DNA of 63,938 bases, filler included, from an uncultured bacterium (GCA_964449065.1; 7 parts of 7 records of this genome joined end to end with filler, not necessarily neighbours in it), one strand, 5' to 3'; positions 37,684 to 48,660 are shown, counted from the whole stretch's first letter. Translations and numbers: made by a program. The notes: generated by a model from the sequence alone, not told the origin.

Positions 37684-38253
37684 ATGGAGATGAATACCAT
37701 GGCGGTTCAGACACCGGCAACTGTTCAATTTACGTACGAAGACTATCTGAATCTTCCGGAAGATAGGCGTTATGAAATTATTGATGGAGAATTGTACATG
37801 GTTCCCGCACCTTTTACCTATCATCAGAAGATTTCAAGAAATTTATTTAACCCAATTTGTGATTATGTGGAAGATCATCAATTGGGAGAAGTATTGTATG
37901 CGCCAGTCGATATCTTGTTTTCCAAAACGGATGTGGTGCAGCCGGATATCATATTTATCGCGCATGAAAACATGCATATTTTGAAGAAAGAGAATGTGCA
38001 GGGCGCGCCGGATTTGGTGGTGGAAGTACTCTCTCCGTCATCGGTCAAACGGGATTATGAAATTAAAATGAAATTGTACAGCCGGTTTGGGGTAAAGGAG
38101 TATTGGATCGCCGACCCGGACGCGAAATCGGTTCATGTTTATGTGCTTCAAGACCGCTTGCTCTCATTGCATGAAACGTACAAATACGAAGACACGCTGC
38201 GTTCTTCTTTATTGCAAGAAATTACGATCCCCTTGAAATCCGTATTTGAATAA
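37684..38253 (+). CDS. Uma2-family endonuclease, copy 2
   Basis: Same motifs; tandem paralogue offset by 719 bp. Confidence 0.92.
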   Translation: MEMNTMAVQTPATVQFTYEDYLNLPEDRRYEIIDGELYMVPAPFTYHQKISRNLFNPICDYVEDHQLGEVLYAPVDILFSKTDVVQPDIIFIAHENMHILKKENVQGAPDLVVEVLSPSSVKRDYEIKMKLYSRFGVKEYWIADPDAKSVHVYVLQDRLLSLHETYKYEDTLRSSLLQEITIPLKSVFE

Positions 38254-38256
38254 ACC

Positions 38257-39195
38257 TTACAATCTTACCCATTGTTCATTGTTGGAACTTTTTACGATGG
38301 CTTCGATAACCTTCATATTGGCGACCGAATCTTCTATCGAAGTTGGAACATCCGTGTCGTTTAGAATAGCCTGAGAAAACAGATCGCCTTGAATGGTGTA
38401 TTGATCGCAGATTTCAAACTCAATCGTTTCAATGTTATCCTTTGATTCGTGCCACAGTTTGCAGGGGCGGTCCGGGGGCGCGTTAAAGGGGATTTCAATT
38501 TCCACCCGGCCTTCGGTGCCGAAGATGTTGACCCGCTGGTAGGGAGACAGCTGCATCGAGCAGGTAAAGGTGGATGTTCCGTTCTCGAATTCCATCATGC
38601 CGGACGCCAGGCGGTCGGTGTTAAAGTTGGGGTCGTATTCGACAATCCCGCAGACACGTTTGGGTTCATGATCAAAGAGAAAGCGCGCGAGCGAGATGTT
38701 ATAGCAGCCGATATCCATCAATCCCCCGCCGCCGATATCGGATTGGTTGCGAACATTGTTGGGATCGGCATTGTAATACGAGAAAAAGGATTGGATGGTG
38801 CGCAACTCACCGATTGCGCCGTCTATCACCAATTCTTTGGCTCGTATCCATTGCGGGTGATGGCGGTACATAAAGGCTTCCATCAGTTTAAGTTTAGGAT
38901 GCTGGTTTCCGGCATCCACCAACTGTTGTCCTTCAGCCGCCGATAATCCGATAGGTTTTTCGCATAGAACATGTTTCCCGGCTTCCAGCGCTTTGATCGA
39001 CCAAGGGACGTGCAGATGATTGGGAGTCGGGTTGTATATGGCATCGATATCCGGGTCTTTGAGTAATTCTTCATACGAACCGTAGGCTTTGGGGATGCCG
39101 AGTTGTTCCGCCGCTTTTTTTGCTTTGGAGAGATCCCGTGATGCGATGGCGGTAATCTCACAGAAGTCACTTTTTTGCATTGCCGGGATTACTTT
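38257..39195 (-). CDS. Gfo/Idh/MocA oxidoreductase, 5' end cut by contig end
   Basis: DAIYNPTPNHLH, KHVLCEKP, EAFMYRHHPQ, GGGLMDIGCY; frame open to the gap. Confidence 0.92.
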   Translation of the reverse strand, partial: KVIPAMQKSDFCEITAIASRDLSKAKKAAEQLGIPKAYGSYEELLKDPDIDAIYNPTPNHLHVPWSIKALEAGKHVLCEKPIGLSAAEGQQLVDAGNQHPKLKLMEAFMYRHHPQWIRAKELVIDGAIGELRTIQSFFSYYNADPNNVRNQSDIGGGGLMDIGCYNISLARFLFDHEPKRVCGIVEYDPNFNTDRLASGMMEFENGTSTFTCSMQLSPYQRVNIFGTEGRVEIEIPFNAPPDRPCKLWHESKDNIETIEFEICDQYTIQGDLFSQAILNDTDVPTSIEDSVANMKVIEAIVKSSNNEQWVRL

Positions 39196-39295
39196 NNNNN
39201 NNNNNNNNNNNNNNNNNNNNNNNNNNNNNNNNNNNNNNNTTAATTAATTAANNNNNNNNNNNNNNNNNNNNNNNNNNNNNNNNNNNNNNNNNNNN
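39196..39295. other. Artificial contig linker
   Basis: 100 nt of N with central TTAATTAATTAA. Confidence 0.98.
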
Positions 39296-39306
39296 GGTTA
39301 AGGAAG

Positions 39307-39380
<74 letters not shown>

Positions 39381-39467
39381 TTTTGGTTGCAAGGCGATTA
39401 TTCTAGCCGCTCTTTATAGAAATCCAAGTCTGATACCTACGATTTCTTGATATCTCAACCGAGTCTT

Positions 39468-40778
39468 TCAATTATACCGCAACGCGTCCACCGGCTGCAA
39501 GCGGGACGCGCGAACCGCCGGGTATATCGCCGCCATAAAACTGATCACAAATGTATACGCCGCTACCCCGGCAAAATCATTGAACAACATATCGCACGGA
39601 AGGTATTTCAAGTTGTACACCTGCCCCCCTCCCGGCAATTCAATCGGATACACTTGTATGATTGAGCATACCCCGTAGCCTCCAACAATTCCCAGCGCGG
39701 TTCCGATCAACCCGATGTAAATCCCGACCAAAAGAAAGATCATCATCACACTTCTTCGGCTGCTGCCAATCGCGCGCAACAAACCGATGTCCCGGGTTTT
39801 CGCCATAACAATCATAAAAATGGTCGCGATAATATTAAAGGTTGCCACCAAAATAATAATCTTCAATATCAAATCCATGGCGGTCTTTTCAATTTTTAAC
39901 GCCTCAAAAAAGTTCTTGTTCATTTCCATCCACGTAATGGGATACCCGAACACGCCCAACTCCTTACTCTTTTCATTCACCAGAGTTTGCGCGTTGACCG
40001 TCGCCGCTTCTTCGGCGTCTTCCAGCCGCAATTGCAAGCCTTTCACCTTTCCATTCATTCCCGTAATGGCTTGCGCGTCCTCTAACGCCACATACGCCCA
40101 TGTCAGGTCATATTCATAATATCCACTCTCAAACACACCGGTCACATGAAAATTCTGAACACTGGGTTTGGTATACGCGATTGAAAAATCATCCGACGGC
40201 AATGTCATAATCGTTACACGCCGTCCCAACACGTTCCGGTAATCCCGAAACAACGCGCGCGCCATTTCTTTGCCTATGATGATCCCGGGTGTGTCTGTCT
40301 GGCTCAATGCCGTGATATCCACCATACCGCTTGGTTTCTCTTCCGTTTCCCGCGCAACCGATCCCAAATCCCCAATCACAATCTTCTCATCCAACCGGGA
40401 TACCTCGATCTCATATTCCGGAACAATGCCAAACACTTGGGTTGGTATTTGGTTTTGAGGATTCTCCGCCGCGTACAGCATGCCGACAAACTCAATTAAC
40501 GGAGAGACCGCCGCTACGTTGGGAAGATCGTTGTATTCCTGAATCAATGCCGGTTGATATTCTTCACCATAATTCATCTTTACAATGATGTGCGAACGCG
40601 CCCCGATAATCTTGGACCGCACATCGTTCGCGAAACCATTCATCACGGAAAGTACCGTAATCAACGCCGCCACACCCAATGCCACCGCGCCGATGCTGAA
40701 AAGAGTTAGATGAAAAATAAACGTCGCCCCGCCCTGCGGCCGCAGATACCGCTTGGCGATAAACCACTCATATCGCAT
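39468..40778 (-). CDS. LolC/LolE-family lipoprotein-releasing ABC permease
   Basis: FIAKRYLR, LITVLSVMNGF, GVFESGYYEYD, KTRDIGLLRAIG, YPAVRASRLQPVDALRY. Confidence 0.92.
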   Translation of the reverse strand: MRYEWFIAKRYLRPQGGATFIFHLTLFSIGAVALGVAALITVLSVMNGFANDVRSKIIGARSHIIVKMNYGEEYQPALIQEYNDLPNVAAVSPLIEFVGMLYAAENPQNQIPTQVFGIVPEYEIEVSRLDEKIVIGDLGSVARETEEKPSGMVDITALSQTDTPGIIIGKEMARALFRDYRNVLGRRVTIMTLPSDDFSIAYTKPSVQNFHVTGVFESGYYEYDLTWAYVALEDAQAITGMNGKVKGLQLRLEDAEEAATVNAQTLVNEKSKELGVFGYPITWMEMNKNFFEALKIEKTAMDLILKIIILVATFNIIATIFMIVMAKTRDIGLLRAIGSSRRSVMMIFLLVGIYIGLIGTALGIVGGYGVCSIIQVYPIELPGGGQVYNLKYLPCDMLFNDFAGVAAYTFVISFMAAIYPAVRASRLQPVDALRYN

Positions 40779-40827
40779 AATGAATTCCTATCTGAAGCAA
40801 TCTTATGAGTATCATAGCATTTGAATC

Positions 40828-42396
40828 ATGAACCAAAAGCAAACCGCCTTTTTTATTGTATTGCTGTTGTGTATAGGATTTTTCCTGCGCGTCGTTTGGC
40901 TGGATTCTGTCCCGCCCGGATTGAATTCGGATGAACTGCTAATGGCTTACGATGGAGCCAGCGTCTATCACACCGGCAAAGACCATCACGGCGATTGGTT
41001 TCCACTCTTTTTTAAACAATCCGGTGAATACCGCCAGCCTATCTATGTTTATCTTGCTGGGATCTTCTCATATTTCCTTGGGATCAACGCCTATTCCGTC
41101 CGAATCGTATCGGTCATTTTCGGTACGTTATCCATTCTCATGACCTATTTGTTCGTAAAAGAAATTCACAATAAACCTACAGCACTTATCGCCGCCGCCT
41201 TGGTCACCATTTCTCCTTGGAACATTTTCTTCAGCCGCGTCGGGTGGGAACCGGTTTTGCAAACTCCGGTCCAACTCTTCGCGTTGTGGATGTTTTTCCG
41301 TTGGACAAAAACGCATTTTCTCAAACATCTTCTTCTTGCGACATTCTCATTCGCTTTAACGTTTTACACCTATCCGGTGGAACGCCTGTTTATTCCTCTA
41401 ATGCTGCTCGCGTTAGTTGTATTGCACTTCAAGCAACTGGCGGTACATTGGAAACAAACCACGATGGCGTTCGTGCTCTTTCTCATGATGCTCATCCCCT
41501 CAATTTGGGCGTATTTTCAATACTACGAAGCCATGCAGGCGCGTTGGTTGTTTCTTTCCGTCTTCCATTTGCCGGATGGTTATTTGCAGTTCGTCCAGCA
41601 TTGGCTGCTGCATTTGTCTCCTATGTTTCAATTCATCACCGGTTCATCATTCGGCATGATTGGCGGGCAGGCCTATCTCGTATTGCTGCCGTTTTTTTAT
41701 GTAGGCTTGATCCAACTCATTCGCAACAACCAACCAAGCGGTTTGATTCTACTCTGGTGGTTTCTCGTGTTTTCCATACCCGCAAGCATGACCTACGACC
41801 GCTATGACATCAACAGCATCCCCAGTTCTATGCGGGCTACCTGCGGTATGCCTATCTTAGAGATTATCAGTGCATACGGCATCTATTCCGTAAGCGCTTG
41901 GCTTCAATCCAAAAATAACAACCAATACTTCGCCTACATTGTAGGTGCTTTCATTTTCATCAACGCGGCCTATGTCCTTTACGATTATTACGTCCGTTAC
42001 GCGGAGTACTCCATCGAATCGTCTCACTACGGGTTCGATCAACTTGTCCACTATATCGAAGAGAACAAGCAGGATTTCGATCAAGTCATCATCTCCCACA
42101 AAATCGGCCTGCATCCAATATCCATTGCGTCATTCTCACACCGCCCCCCCTCTCCATTCGATCATTCGGATTACCCCAAGTATGTACTGCCATTTTATCA
42201 TTATGTGCCAACCTATTATCCGTGGGGGTTGCGGGAATATGAGAGGCACGGCACCATCAGCCGCTGGTATTATTTAGGCGAAGGAACACTGCTGTTGGCG
42301 GCGAAAGCCAATGAGATAACCGGTGCGGAACCGGTACACACGATATACTATCCAAACAGTGAACCGGCTTATGAGCTGTATACAGTAAACCGCTAA
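40828..42396 (+). CDS. ArnT/PMT-like membrane glycosyltransferase
   Basis: PPGLNSDE motif after TM1, YSVRIVS, ISPWNIFFSR; many TM segments. Confidence 0.85.
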   Translation: MNQKQTAFFIVLLLCIGFFLRVVWLDSVPPGLNSDELLMAYDGASVYHTGKDHHGDWFPLFFKQSGEYRQPIYVYLAGIFSYFLGINAYSVRIVSVIFGTLSILMTYLFVKEIHNKPTALIAAALVTISPWNIFFSRVGWEPVLQTPVQLFALWMFFRWTKTHFLKHLLLATFSFALTFYTYPVERLFIPLMLLALVVLHFKQLAVHWKQTTMAFVLFLMMLIPSIWAYFQYYEAMQARWLFLSVFHLPDGYLQFVQHWLLHLSPMFQFITGSSFGMIGGQAYLVLLPFFYVGLIQLIRNNQPSGLILLWWFLVFSIPASMTYDRYDINSIPSSMRATCGMPILEIISAYGIYSVSAWLQSKNNNQYFAYIVGAFIFINAAYVLYDYYVRYAEYSIESSHYGFDQLVHYIEENKQDFDQVIISHKIGLHPISIASFSHRPPSPFDHSDYPKYVLPFYHYVPTYYPWGLREYERHGTISRWYYLGEGTLLLAAKANEITGAEPVHTIYYPNSEPAYELYTVNR

Positions 42397-42409
42397 TCTT
42401 TTTCGCGAT

Positions 42410-43345
42410 TTAAAATAAAATAGCTTGGACTTGCGGAGTATATGGATCCGATAACATTATCGTCGGCAGCAGAAGTTGCTTGATTACTTCCAATACCATG
42501 ATGAGGATCGGGTTCAAAGCAATAAACGCGAAAATGGGCGATAAATCCACAAAATCAATCCGCATCCACGGAAACCAGCGCCGAAAGATGTTTAAATACG
42601 GTTCGGTCATCGCTTTGATGATCTGAATCATCAGGCTGAATTGATCCGCCCCGATCCAGGAAGCCAAAATACTCAACAGCAAGATCAGCGTATAAATAAA
42701 TATAAGAGTGGATAGCATTTCAAACACGGTAATCACACCGGCCGCGTAGAACATTGCTAACCCCTGGAAGTACGAAAAGGTAAACACCGCCGAAAGCGCT
42801 CCGCATACGATTAATGTCGCGGCGGCACTAAACAAAAACAGCGTCAGCAATTCGTTTGATTTGATATACTTCTTCGCCCACTGAAAAATCGCGAAGGTCT
42901 TTTCTTGAAAACACATATACCCCGCGCTGCTGCATGCCATGATTCCATAGCGTGAAACCATCATACTGGCGAACAAAAACAAGATCAGCATTTCGCCCAC
43001 CAGCATCACCGCCATGGCCGCGCTCATCCCCGTCGCGGTAACCAGACCGGCCATTCCCGATGTCGGAGTCAGTGCCTGTAACGGATGCCACGAACCCAAC
43101 ACCCAAAGAAAAAAGCCGCGAATTAACACAACAACTCCAATCGCGGTAAGCGGAAGATATTGATGCAATAACCGGGATGCGGGCGGAATCACCTGCCGCA
43201 GCGGCAGCAGCATCTTGTTCGTCAGTTCCATCACCGCGTACAGCACCGGACCGTAGCCGTAGTACTGGTATTTCTCAATAAAAAAGCGGATCAGCAAAAC
43301 GATAATCAAGATCCGGAAAAAAATATCCAATATGGTAAACAGCAT
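42410..43345 (-). CDS. YggT-domain membrane protein (extended, two YggT-like segments)
   Basis: C-terminal SWI...MTEPYLNIFRRWFP...DLSPI; N-terminal LTNKMLLPLRQVIP. Confidence 0.75.
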   Translation of the reverse strand: MLFTILDIFFRILIIVLLIRFFIEKYQYYGYGPVLYAVMELTNKMLLPLRQVIPPASRLLHQYLPLTAIGVVVLIRGFFLWVLGSWHPLQALTPTSGMAGLVTATGMSAAMAVMLVGEMLILFLFASMMVSRYGIMACSSAGYMCFQEKTFAIFQWAKKYIKSNELLTLFLFSAAATLIVCGALSAVFTFSYFQGLAMFYAAGVITVFEMLSTLIFIYTLILLLSILASWIGADQFSLMIQIIKAMTEPYLNIFRRWFPWMRIDFVDLSPIFAFIALNPILIMVLEVIKQLLLPTIMLSDPYTPQVQAILF

Positions 43346-43472
43346 AAACTCACTCGTTCGTTGTGGATTCGGTTCTCATCATGATGAACATCATTGTTGT
43401 ACTCAAGATTGATAAATCATCAAGCCGTTATACGATATCCGTTTACGACTATTTCGCTGGGAGACCTGTAGA

Positions 43473-44582
43473 TTGCATATCGGAATCGAGAGCACCCATC
43501 TCACCCGCTCACTGGCGGGAATCGGCTATTATTTGGTTCACATTATAGAGGAAATCGCGAAATTAGAGGGGGATGAAGAATACACTCTCTTTTACAACCG
43601 CAAACTGGTAGATATCCCTCTCCCATCCCGCATGAAACACGCTCTTAACGGACCGCGCAGCACGCATCTATGGGCGCAGACTCATCTTGCTTCGCTCTGC
43701 CGCAAGCATAAAATCGACCTCTTGCACAGCCCCGGGCAAGCGCTGCCTCTGTGGTTTTCCGGCAAAACCATATTGACCGTGCATGATCTGTCTCCCCTGC
43801 TCTTCCCCAAACAAAAGGATTGGGGCTCGCGCTTTGTATGGACACAACTTGTACCGCGTATGGCCAAAAAAGCCGATCATATTATTACCGTATCCAACCA
43901 TACGAAAAAAGATGTTCTTGAATTGCTCCGCATTCCCGAAGAACGAATCACGACGATTCATGAAGCCGCCGCTGAGCACTACTACCCGATCGAAGACCAA
44001 AATGATTTGCAAAAATTTAAAGACAAACACCAACTCAACCGCCCTTTTTTCTTGTCTGTATCCACCCTGGAACCGCGCAAGAATTATCCTTTCCTGTTCA
44101 AAGTATTTGCCGCGTGGCTTAAGCAATCCGGTGAAGATGCTCAGCTTGTGGTGATCGGCAAAAAGGGCTGGTATTACGATGAAATCTTTTCCACCGTCGA
44201 GTCTATGAACTTGCAAAACCATGTCCGCTTTGAGGGATATGTCGGCAGTCTTGATCTGATGCGCTATTATTACAATGCGGCGGAAAGCCTATTGATGGCG
44301 CCTATCTACGAAGGCTTTTGGCTGCCGGGGCTGGAGTCGCTGGCCTGTGGGACACCGGTCATAGCGCCCAATCATTCCTCCATCACTGAAGTCATCCAAG
44401 ATGGAGGCATTTTGGTTGACACATGGGAACACGCGGATTGGTTAAGCGCAATCGATCACTTTTGGGATACGAGAACCACCATCGATTGGAAGCAAAAAGG
44501 GTTGAACCAAGCAGCCAAGTTCTCGTGGAAACGCGCGGCCCGGCAGCATCTTGACGTGTACAGAAGAGTAGGCAACTCATGA
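43473..44582 (+). CDS. Glycosyltransferase family 4
   Basis: LTVHDL, IITVSNHTKKD, TLEPRKN, YEGFWLPGLESLACGTPV. Confidence 0.92.
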   Translation: MHIGIESTHLTRSLAGIGYYLVHIIEEIAKLEGDEEYTLFYNRKLVDIPLPSRMKHALNGPRSTHLWAQTHLASLCRKHKIDLLHSPGQALPLWFSGKTILTVHDLSPLLFPKQKDWGSRFVWTQLVPRMAKKADHIITVSNHTKKDVLELLRIPEERITTIHEAAAEHYYPIEDQNDLQKFKDKHQLNRPFFLSVSTLEPRKNYPFLFKVFAAWLKQSGEDAQLVVIGKKGWYYDEIFSTVESMNLQNHVRFEGYVGSLDLMRYYYNAAESLLMAPIYEGFWLPGLESLACGTPVIAPNHSSITEVIQDGGILVDTWEHADWLSAIDHFWDTRTTIDWKQKGLNQAAKFSWKRAARQHLDVYRRVGNS

Positions 44583-45676
44583 ATGTTTCGTTACGCATCA
44601 TCTCCATAGAACCTTCCGGCGCGGGCGGAATCGCCCATTACACCCGCTTTCTTGATGAAGCCATAGCCAATTCCGGTGCGGAAATCGAACTGCTCACATC
44701 ATCCCGTTGGGATTACGATATGCCCAACAACGTCAACATCCATAAAATATTTAACCGAATCCGCACCAATCCGGTATCGCTCTATTTACTCGCGAACCGC
44801 TTACAACAATCTTCTTTTCTAGTGCACTGGCAATCCGCTTCCCATCCGCTTATGCTTTTGTGGGTCATGCGCTTCATCCCACTAAAAAAATTGCCTTGGG
44901 TCTACACCGTCCACAATGTATTGCCGCATGAAAACAGCGAAGCCATGCGTACCCTCTACCGCAAAATTTATCAACGGATGCAAGGCCTAATCTTTCATAA
45001 CCAACATTCACAGAATCAATTCGAGCGCTTATTCCCCAATATAACCGCGAAAAAGACTATCATCCCCCACGGCGAATATGGCTCATTGGGCAACACCGAT
45101 TTATCAAACTCGCTGCCGGATACTCCCACCCTTCTCTTCTTCGGCAACATCCGCCCTTACAAAGGTTTAAAACATCTTATCCGTGCGTTTCAAGATGTCC
45201 GCGCCAAAATTCCAAACACAAAACTCCATATCGCCGGTCAGGCCTTGGAGGATTTTGCCCCCTATCAACAGCAGATCGATTCATTGGGATTAACCCAAGC
45301 AGTGGATCACACGTTACAATACATACCGGATGAAGACATTCCAAGCATCTTTCGAAACGCAAGCATTGTGGTATTGCCATACGAACACATCGATCAAAGC
45401 GGTGTCTTGTTGTTGGCGATGGGCATGGGCAAAGCGGTTATAGCCACAAACGTCGGTGGGATTCCGGAAGTCATTCATGACGGCCACACGGGTATTTTGG
45501 TGCCGCCGCGAAATCCGGATGCGTTATCTGCCGCCATTCTTTCTGTGATTGAGAATAAAGACAGGCTGCAAAGCATGGGAAAATCCGCGCGGGAAGATGT
45601 CAACAAACGCTATGCTTGGGATACAATAGCCCAACAAACCATAGCATTTTATCAAAAATTATTGGATGATTCGTAA
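44579..45676 (+). CDS. Glycosyltransferase family 4
   Basis: GGIAHY, TVHNVLPHE, FFGNIRPYKG, QSGVLLLAM...VGGIPE. Confidence 0.92.
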   Translation: MNVSLRIISIEPSGAGGIAHYTRFLDEAIANSGAEIELLTSSRWDYDMPNNVNIHKIFNRIRTNPVSLYLLANRLQQSSFLVHWQSASHPLMLLWVMRFIPLKKLPWVYTVHNVLPHENSEAMRTLYRKIYQRMQGLIFHNQHSQNQFERLFPNITAKKTIIPHGEYGSLGNTDLSNSLPDTPTLLFFGNIRPYKGLKHLIRAFQDVRAKIPNTKLHIAGQALEDFAPYQQQIDSLGLTQAVDHTLQYIPDEDIPSIFRNASIVVLPYEHIDQSGVLLLAMGMGKAVIATNVGGIPEVIHDGHTGILVPPRNPDALSAAILSVIENKDRLQSMGKSAREDVNKRYAWDTIAQQTIAFYQKLLDDS

Positions 45677-47978
45677 TATGGCAATTGCATTAGGTTATTT
45701 GCATAAAATCCGCTGGATCACACTGATTGCTCTCTTGCTATGTGTTCCTTTGCTGGTGGATCAACGCATCGGCAGCCTCGGCCCCGAATCCAAATTCCGC
45801 TTACTGGAACTCGGTGTGCTGATGGTTATCCTTTTGGGGATTCCCTCGTTTCTCATCCAGCGGTCTTCCATCAAACTCAATCTGCTAAACGGATCCATCA
45901 TTTTATTCACGATTTATATTTTGATTCTTGCCTGGTTTGATCCGTTTCAAAGTTATGCTTTTGATATGGCCTTTCAGCAAGCCGCTTGGCTGCTTTTTAT
46001 CCTTGCCTTGGCATCAGTTTGCAAGTCGCCAGCAGACTTCCGCAAATTTCTATGGATTGCAATCCCCATTCAATTGATCTGTATAGCCTATGCGTTCGGC
46101 CAAATCTATGGTGTCGATATCTATATCCATTGGATCGAAGGCAAAACCGGCTGGCGGTGGTATAACCCCACCAGCGATGAAGAACGCAACACCATCATCG
46201 CGCCCTTAGGACAGCCCAACTACTACGCCAACTACGGCGCCATCGTCTTGCTGTTTCTTTTTACGCTACTAGCACAAGCCAGAACGGTATGGAGCCGCAT
46301 CATCTTGTTTGCTCTATCAGCCTTTATGCTCATCACCCTGTTCTACACCTACACCAGAGGGATATGGGTCAGCATCATCCCCGCCATCGGTTTTATCGCG
46401 GGTTTGGAACTCATCATCCAATTGACCCGCAACCGCGGTTTTCGCAGCCAAACGCTTACGTACCTCAAGCCCGCCATCGCGTTCGCGTCCATAGCGGTTG
46501 TCTTGCTGGGAATGTATTCCGCTTTCGAACTTTACCGCGGCGAGGGGCCGCTGCACAAAATCGGCAAGCGCTTTTATCACGGCATCACCTTCCGCGATAC
46601 CAGCATGAGGTCCCGCCCTCTGATGTGGTATGCCTCACTGCGTATGTGGAAGGAAGCCCCTCTCTTCGGGCAGGGTGTCGGACAGTTCGCCCCCAACTAC
46701 CTCGATCAAGTCTACCACACCGCGCAAGAGTACGACCCGTTTATCATTCATGAAGTCACCAAACAGATGAACACCCTGCGTGTTGACCGCTCGCATAACG
46801 ATTATCTCCACACCCTCGCCGAATTGGGGATGGTTGGGTTATCCCTCTTACTTCTCATGCTGCTCGCTTCTACCACCATTCCCATCTATATCTTATGGAA
46901 TACATCCCTCTCTCCCCCGGATCGCGTTACCTTATTGGGCTGCTTAACCGTTGTCGTTCAGACAGCGGTCCAGTTGATTTATGACTTTCCCTTGCACTTG
47001 CCCGCCAGCGCCATGTTTTTTGGGGTTGCCGTCGCGGGGGTGCTGGTTTACTGCCGTATCGTTTCTCCATTGAATTTCACACTGCCGCTTCATCCCGCCA
47101 TTCGGTGGTTTGCGGTCATCTTGTTCATTCCGCTTTGGTTTTGCAGTTGCGGTTTGGTTGCCGCTCACTTTCAATCCTCTCATTTGCGCAACGCGGGGAT
47201 CAACGCGTTAAACCAAGCAAAAAGCGCCATCTTTTCGAACCCGTTGGCGGCGATTCCCCACCTAAATTCCGCGGAAGCATATTTAGCCCTTGCGTATGAA
47301 CGCTTCCCACATGACGGCTTCGTTTTGCAAACGCTGGGCGAAACCCATTTCTATTTTTATCAAACCAACCCTTCTATCCATTACGCCAAACTGAATCAAG
47401 CCCGCGCCTTTCTGGAACAGGCCCGCCAGACTTTTAATGGACCGGATACCATCAAAACTTTGTGTTCTGTTTATATCGAACAAAAACGCTACGACAAAGC
47501 CGCCAATCTTTCCAACCGGCTGCTGGCCATCGATCCCACCCGTGCTCAAGCCCAATATCTGGCCGGATTAATCGCCTTCAAAGCGGGCCGGTTTTCCCAA
47601 GCGATCCAGCATTTCAATAACGAACTCAATACCCCAAAAGATGATGAATACGATCGCACGAAACGCTATGAATATTTATCGAGGATGTACATCGCGCAAT
47701 CGTTGATTGGATTAAAGCAGCATCATGCCGCTGCCGACGCATTGGAATCCATTATCAATGAATACCCCAATATTATCGAACCGCGCGGTCTGCTGGCTGA
47801 ATTGTATGAAACCCAACTGAACGAACGAATCAAAGCAAGGGGAATTTATCAAACCATTCTCAATATGGTAAAGCAATTGCCGGAGCCGGACCGTACACGG
47901 GAAAGCAAAAAATATACGCTGCGTCTCAATCAACTGCAAGGAAATATTGACCAGGAACTCAACCGCGACCATGAATAA
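45666..47978 (+). CDS. O-antigen ligase-like membrane protein with C-terminal TPR repeats
   Basis: LGQPNYYA, TYTRGIW, PLFGQGVGQF, HNDYLHTLAELG; helical-repeat C-terminus. Confidence 0.85.
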   Translation: MIRNMAIALGYLHKIRWITLIALLLCVPLLVDQRIGSLGPESKFRLLELGVLMVILLGIPSFLIQRSSIKLNLLNGSIILFTIYILILAWFDPFQSYAFDMAFQQAAWLLFILALASVCKSPADFRKFLWIAIPIQLICIAYAFGQIYGVDIYIHWIEGKTGWRWYNPTSDEERNTIIAPLGQPNYYANYGAIVLLFLFTLLAQARTVWSRIILFALSAFMLITLFYTYTRGIWVSIIPAIGFIAGLELIIQLTRNRGFRSQTLTYLKPAIAFASIAVVLLGMYSAFELYRGEGPLHKIGKRFYHGITFRDTSMRSRPLMWYASLRMWKEAPLFGQGVGQFAPNYLDQVYHTAQEYDPFIIHEVTKQMNTLRVDRSHNDYLHTLAELGMVGLSLLLLMLLASTTIPIYILWNTSLSPPDRVTLLGCLTVVVQTAVQLIYDFPLHLPASAMFFGVAVAGVLVYCRIVSPLNFTLPLHPAIRWFAVILFIPLWFCSCGLVAAHFQSSHLRNAGINALNQAKSAIFSNPLAAIPHLNSAEAYLALAYERFPHDGFVLQTLGETHFYFYQTNPSIHYAKLNQARAFLEQARQTFNGPDTIKTLCSVYIEQKRYDKAANLSNRLLAIDPTRAQAQYLAGLIAFKAGRFSQAIQHFNNELNTPKDDEYDRTKRYEYLSRMYIAQSLIGLKQHHAAADALESIINEYPNIIEPRGLLAELYETQLNERIKARGIYQTILNMVKQLPEPDRTRESKKYTLRLNQLQGNIDQELNRDHE

Positions 47979-48660
47979 CACGATGCCGTTACTGCAATGC
48001 CAAAGCATTACCAAAACCTATCAATCCGGTGAAACCATACTAACCGTGCTGCATGAGTTATCGTTGGAGGTGAACCGGAACGATTTCATCGCCATTACCG
48101 GAGAATCCGGCTGCGGCAAATCAACCCTGCTTCACGCGTTGGGCTGCTTGGATCACATCAATGAGGGAGAAATTTACTATAAAGACACGGCTTATGGAAG
48201 TTTAAAGTCCATCCATAAAGACCGCCTGCGCAACCATGAATACGGCTTTGTGTTTCAATTCCACTACCTGCTGCCGGAATTCAACGCGCTGGAAAATGTG
48301 ATGATGCCCGGCATGATCGCCAACCGCTCGCATCACGATCTACGCAATCAAGCAAATGAACTGCTGCAAGAACTTCATCTCACCGAACGCGAACACCACA
48401 AACCGTCGCAACTTTCCGGCGGAGAACAGCAGCGGGTAGCCGTCGCGCGGGCACTGATCAATCAACCCTCCATCCTCTTTATGGATGAACCCACCGGCAA
48501 TCTTGATCCCGATAAAAGCCGCACACTCATTCAGCACATATTGGAAATTCAACAAAAGCGTAATCTTACCATTGTCATGGTCACTCATAACCACGAAATG
48601 GCTGAACTGGCAGGGAAACGGTACGAACTGCAGCATGGGACATTAACGCCATACGAATAA
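47971..48660 (+). CDS. lolD: LolD-like ABC transporter ATP-binding protein
   Basis: GESGCGKST, GFVFQFHYLLPEFNALENV, LSGGEQQRVAVARAL, DEPTGNLD. Confidence 0.88.
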   Translation: MNNTMPLLQCQSITKTYQSGETILTVLHELSLEVNRNDFIAITGESGCGKSTLLHALGCLDHINEGEIYYKDTAYGSLKSIHKDRLRNHEYGFVFQFHYLLPEFNALENVMMPGMIANRSHHDLRNQANELLQELHLTEREHHKPSQLSGGEQQRVAVARALINQPSILFMDEPTGNLDPDKSRTLIQHILEIQQKRNLTIVMVTHNHEMAELAGKRYELQHGTLTPYE

